Below are positions 60,701 to 64,000 of a stretch of DNA of 64,000 bases, one piece after another. Each line of letters begins with the position of its first letter. Position 1 is the first letter of the stretch. Below the pieces are notes generated by a model. That model was not told the origin of the DNA. It saw nothing but the letters and a program-made list of their open reading frames with translations, and ran no database searches. The stretch is taken from positions 15,748,001 through 15,812,000 of the forward strand of contig OZ116698.1 of the NCBI GenBank assembly GCA_964199315.1, given 5' to 3'. The translations under genes and the position numbers were made by a program. The stretch comes from Orbicella franksi. Taxonomy: Eukaryota.

Positions 60701-61910
60701 CAAAAACTAAAAACACTAAAAAAATTAAACACCTGATGATTTCAAACAATTTCCGGTCCGTTTCTGAGACAGATCTATACTTTTGCAAGATGTGAGTTTG
60801 GAATGCGATATTTCATACTGGAATAAAATGAAACAAACCATTTGTATTTCAGGGAAATATAGCTGTTTTACAAAAAATTATAGGAATAACATCGATAGTG
60901 TGAACGATAATGCAACCCGAGAATAAACAACATTTAAGGAGTTACGTCACAAGTTTTAGAGTCATTTTTAGGGTCGTAAAGAGTTGCCTTTATGTGGAAT
61001 AAAACCTAAAATGATCGTGTTCTAGGATAGAAAGCACTTAAGAGGCAAGAACAAATCAAAACGGAACGAGGATCGTTAAGGATGCCAAAGATTAACGAGG
61101 ACTGCAAATGACGAACTTGAAAAACTAGGCTAGTTTTTTCAAGATGCGCAAATCGTGACGTAGCTCCTCTAAAGCAAGTCATGTCCCTAAGCTTTCGTAC
61201 GTAAGCTTTCTCATCAACTGTAACGCTAACTGTAACACTCACATCTGACACGAAAAAGTAGCCGAGAATTAGCTACTGATACTAACAGCAATTTCAAAAA
61301 TGAGAATGGGAGGTTCACCCAAACTTTGAGCCAACTAACGTTCAAATATAACTACATCTGCCTGTTCATTACAATTTAAATTTGTCCTAAATTAGGCACT
61401 TATGTGGCTTTTTAAATGACCTCTTGTCATTCTCTGTAATTAACATGTCATTGCGTCAAATTCGGGATTCTTATATTTATTTAACATATTTTAGTTTTCT
61501 ACTTTTATTTTTTATTTATTATGATCTTAGAAACGATTTGATTGTTTTTTTTCTTTAAAACTTTTTTTTTTTCTGTGATCCGATCCGTGATCCGATCCGT
61601 GATCCGATCCGCGATCCGGTCCGTGATCCGATCCGTGATCTGGTCCGTGATCCGGTCCGGTCTGGTCCAGGTTTTGTCGATGCCGACCAGTTGTTTTTAA
61701 ACAGAATTAACGTTTATCTGGAATTAAACCCTGAAGTTTAATAGCTATCATTGCATTTGTCTCGTGGCAAACCATCCTGTGGACTTCAATATTGAACCCC
61801 TTTTAAGTTGACTGTGTTCTGTTGCACCATACTTGTAGGAAGGTCAAGTGATATTGGAGCGGGCCTTGGTCACTGAGAGTGAAGGAATTGAAGAAATTGG
61901 TGATTTGTAA
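57612..61910 (+). CDS. YPEL5: Protein yippee-like 5, paralogue A (118 aa, 6 coding exons)
   Basis: Exons 57612-57710, 58283-58326, 59418-59457, 59812-59880, 60177-60209, 61839-61910, all GT-AG and in phase. [118 protein letters not shown]; AATAAA at 62008-62013. Confidence 0.95.
58283..58326 (+). CDS. YPEL5: YPEL5-A exon 2
   Basis: gatcag|AGG ... GT|gtgagt; [15 protein letters not shown]. Confidence 0.93.
58711..59253. mobile_element. Non-autonomous MULE-like element in YPEL5-A intron 2
   Basis: TIR gggtgtctggaaa(a/g)cccgaatagcgaatag; subterminal GCGAATA repeats; 9-bp TSD gtttcttat (58702-58710, 59254-59262). Confidence 0.88.
59418..59457 (+). CDS. YPEL5: YPEL5-A exon 3
   Basis: ttcaacag|G ... 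ATG|gtatgc. Confidence 0.93.
59812..59880 (+). CDS. YPEL5: YPEL5-A exon 4
   Basis: atttgtag|CTT ... TAT|gtaagt. Confidence 0.95.
60177..60209 (+). CDS. YPEL5: YPEL5-A exon 5
   Basis: aattacag|GAA ... AAG|gtttgt; [11 protein letters not shown]. Confidence 0.92.
60331..61685. mobile_element. Composite non-autonomous MULE-like element in YPEL5-A intron 5
   Basis: TIR cggc(t/a)tcgacaaaacctgga; subterminal GATCCGATCCGT repeats; 10-bp TSD accagttgtt (60321-60330, 61686-61695); nested repeats inside. Confidence 0.88.
60938..61167. mobile_element. Nested Kolobok-like MITE
   Basis: ttaa|ggagttacgtcac ... gtgacgtagctcc TIRs inside the 60331-61685 element. Confidence 0.6.
61839..61910 (+). CDS. YPEL5: YPEL5-A exon 6
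   Basis: acttgtag|GAA ... TTG TAA. Confidence 0.93.
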   Translation, partial: EGQVILERALVTESEGIEEIGDL

Positions 61911-62683
61911 AAATTAATGTAGTTTTAAGTTATGGTCTGTTGTGTTTAACAAGGACCATGTTTGTAATGTTTCTGTGACACAGCTGGACAAACTAGGCAA
62001 CTGTCTGAATAAACCTGTTAACAATATGATATCTAAGCTAATTTATTATGGCTTTTTATGTTCTGTGCTTTCAAATGTGTAGTTAGTATCACATGTATCA
62101 AATGAAAACTTGCTGGTAATCAGAACTGAAAAGTACTGATGATCTGCCAAGGATCTGATAACAGTACACTCAAGTAAACCTGCATTCATATCTATAGTGC
62201 TGTACTCCTTCTTCCTCTTTACTATGATTATGGACACCATTTTTATGACAGTTGCCTGTTCTGTTCATTGTGATTGTAAAATGTAAATTTATGACTATTA
62301 TGCAAAGAGTTTTAAGCTTAACTTCTGTAGAGTTTGTACATTTGCATATTGAAAGATATTGTGTACTTTGTTTAAAATTCAGTGTTTGTATATTTAATAA
62401 TGATGAAATTTTATATAAAACGGTAATACAAAATTTGGTGTTAACATTTGGTGCTATCACGTTAGCAAATAGATAGGCCAGATTTGTAAGTAATTGAACA
62501 TTAAATTTGTTGAAATAATATTGGATTAACACTTTGGTTGAGCATTTTGCAAGTATGCTGTTACCATAATTTTGCAAGCCATATTAAATTTAAAGTTGTC
62601 TTACCTGTACCGTTTACCTGTGATATTCTCTTTGTGGTCACATGGTACCCAAATGAAAACCCCTGATTTGATGAAGGGTAACA

Positions 62684-62988
62684 ACAGACGTGGATTTAGG
62701 GGTGGGGTAAGGTGGGATAAATTGGGCAGCTAGCCACCCCTCTTTGGAAGAACAAAAAATAAGAAAAATAAGAAAAATGTGAATATTATCGCCGAAATAT
62801 AGGGAAACACTCAGGACAGGTACCTCATGATAATTTCTTTGTGACATTGCTAGTACTTCTGGTTTAATAGTTTTCAATTACCAGTAGATTCCAATTATCA
62901 AATTGTCACGTTTTTGGTGCATGCCCGTTTGACTCTGGAACCCCAAGATACCAGTCACCCACCCTTGAAAAATCCTGGATCTGCATAT
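62684..62988. mobile_element. Degenerate MITE (CAG..GGAT(C/T)(C/T)AGG-type TIR)
   Basis: cagacgtggatttagg ... cctggatctgcatatg termini, related to 3335-3485. Confidence 0.45.
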
Positions 62989-63231
62989 GAAGATATTGAA
63001 GACTGGTTTGTGAAATGAGGTATGGAAAAAATGCAGTTCTTCCCATTCTTTAACGTGTAGCCTTGTTTCCAAGGCTAATGTGGGGTGCAGAGAAGTCTTT
63101 GGGGAAGTGTGTGTGTGAACTGTGGCTTGACAAAACTAGCCTGATATGCTGTCAAAGCATACTGAAAAAAATTGGCAAGAACATTATCTGCAGATGCAGT
63201 CTGGGTAAAGAGTCATGGTGCTCCACCTGTC

Positions 63232-63615
63232 TTAATCAAAACTATAACAAAATTCTTGAACATGATTGGTTATCAGCAGCCCGATTTGAGCATCAATTGG
63301 ACAGTACACATCATGCTAGTAATTGGACAGTGCACGTCATTTTGCATGCACTGTTGCGGTGCAGTTTGAGTAAACTGCTGTTTTTCATTCATAACAACGT
63401 TTTATCGTTCAGTGCTCAATCGATGGTTTGTTCGTTTCTCGAATTTTGTCATAGTTTTGATTAACTGGTAACAGGACATCGTGTCATCTAATTCATTCTG
63501 TAATCATACTCGTGATTAACAAATCGGACTCCTGCTTCATGGTCGTCCGATTTTGTTATTCACTCGTATGATTACAGACTGAATTGGACTCCACTCAGTC
63601 CTATTACTATTATTT
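63232..63615. repeat. Interspersed anthozoan-type repeat
   Basis: Recognised from memory (taatcaaaactataacaaaattcttgaa...ccactcagtcctattactattat); a related piece lies at ~18755-18897. Confidence 0.4.
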
Positions 63616-64000
63616 ATGGAGAGTTTTCATGACATCACCTTAGCCATATTAGTGTTTCCAAACAGTGAAATTTCTCTCCTTAGGAAAATTAGTTCTTATG
63701 TAATTGTTTGTAAACACCAATGTTGCTATGTTACTATTGTTCAGTTGTAATGTTGGTATTTGTTCAGTGTCATTTAGGACTGCATTTTGATCAAGGTGAT
63801 GTAATTTTTAGGGTTGTTATGGAACACTGACTGTACGTGATGTTGTAGTGATAGAGTGTTATAGTGATGCAGACCTCAACTAGCACAGCAGTGCTTAAGA
63901 CTCTGACACTGAAATAAACATATTATTTAGTTACTGCTTCCAGTATGCTATGTTACAGTTACAAATAGAAACAGTGGATATGGAATCCAACAGAACTGGC

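Noticed and set aside
60528-60788. ORF resembling a polycystin TM1 captured by a MULE (Pack-MULE)
   Set aside because: The hydrophobic stretch is the reverse complement of an A-rich tract, and the C-terminal half is a common coral repeat (catgtcttcatatctttctccgcagttc); the similarity is probably compositional.
58725-61660. Short regularly spaced repeats (GCGAATA; GATCCGATCC) as a CRISPR-like array
   Set aside because: No unique spacers, eukaryotic context, and they are subterminal repeats of TIR elements with TSDs.

Overview
AT-rich, repeat-laden eukaryotic DNA; the repeat families resemble those of a stony coral/anthozoan (inference). I can assemble three protein-coding genes by hand from GT-AG signals with consistent reading phase. 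(1) A 12-exon GEMIN4 homologue on the minus strand (18101->7136, about 1,099 codons). It has an in-frame TGA at 8491-8489 in the penultimate exon, where vertebrate Gemin4 has Trp as I recall it, and the frame stays open and Gemin4-like for about 100 more codons. (2, 3) TWO intact 6-exon YPEL5 (yippee-like 5) paralogues in head-to-head orientation (56868->52213 minus; 57612->61910 plus); the ORF track shows only fragments of these. They share a 743-bp bidirectional promoter with a mirror-image ETS-CCAAT-E-box/CLEAR module, and their exon 4 is nearly identical while exon 6 differs at many synonymous sites, suggesting gene conversion. The middle of the window holds an old ~10-11 kb tandem segmental duplication (24.7-35.9 kb / 36.0-46.2 kb) containing Gypsy, RTE, SINE and possibly piggyBac relics plus a few unusually conserved blocks. 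The rest is MITEs, SINEs, LINE ends, microsatellites and a probable LRR pseudogene. No rRNA, tRNA gene or CRISPR array was seen. All coordinates and counts are manual.
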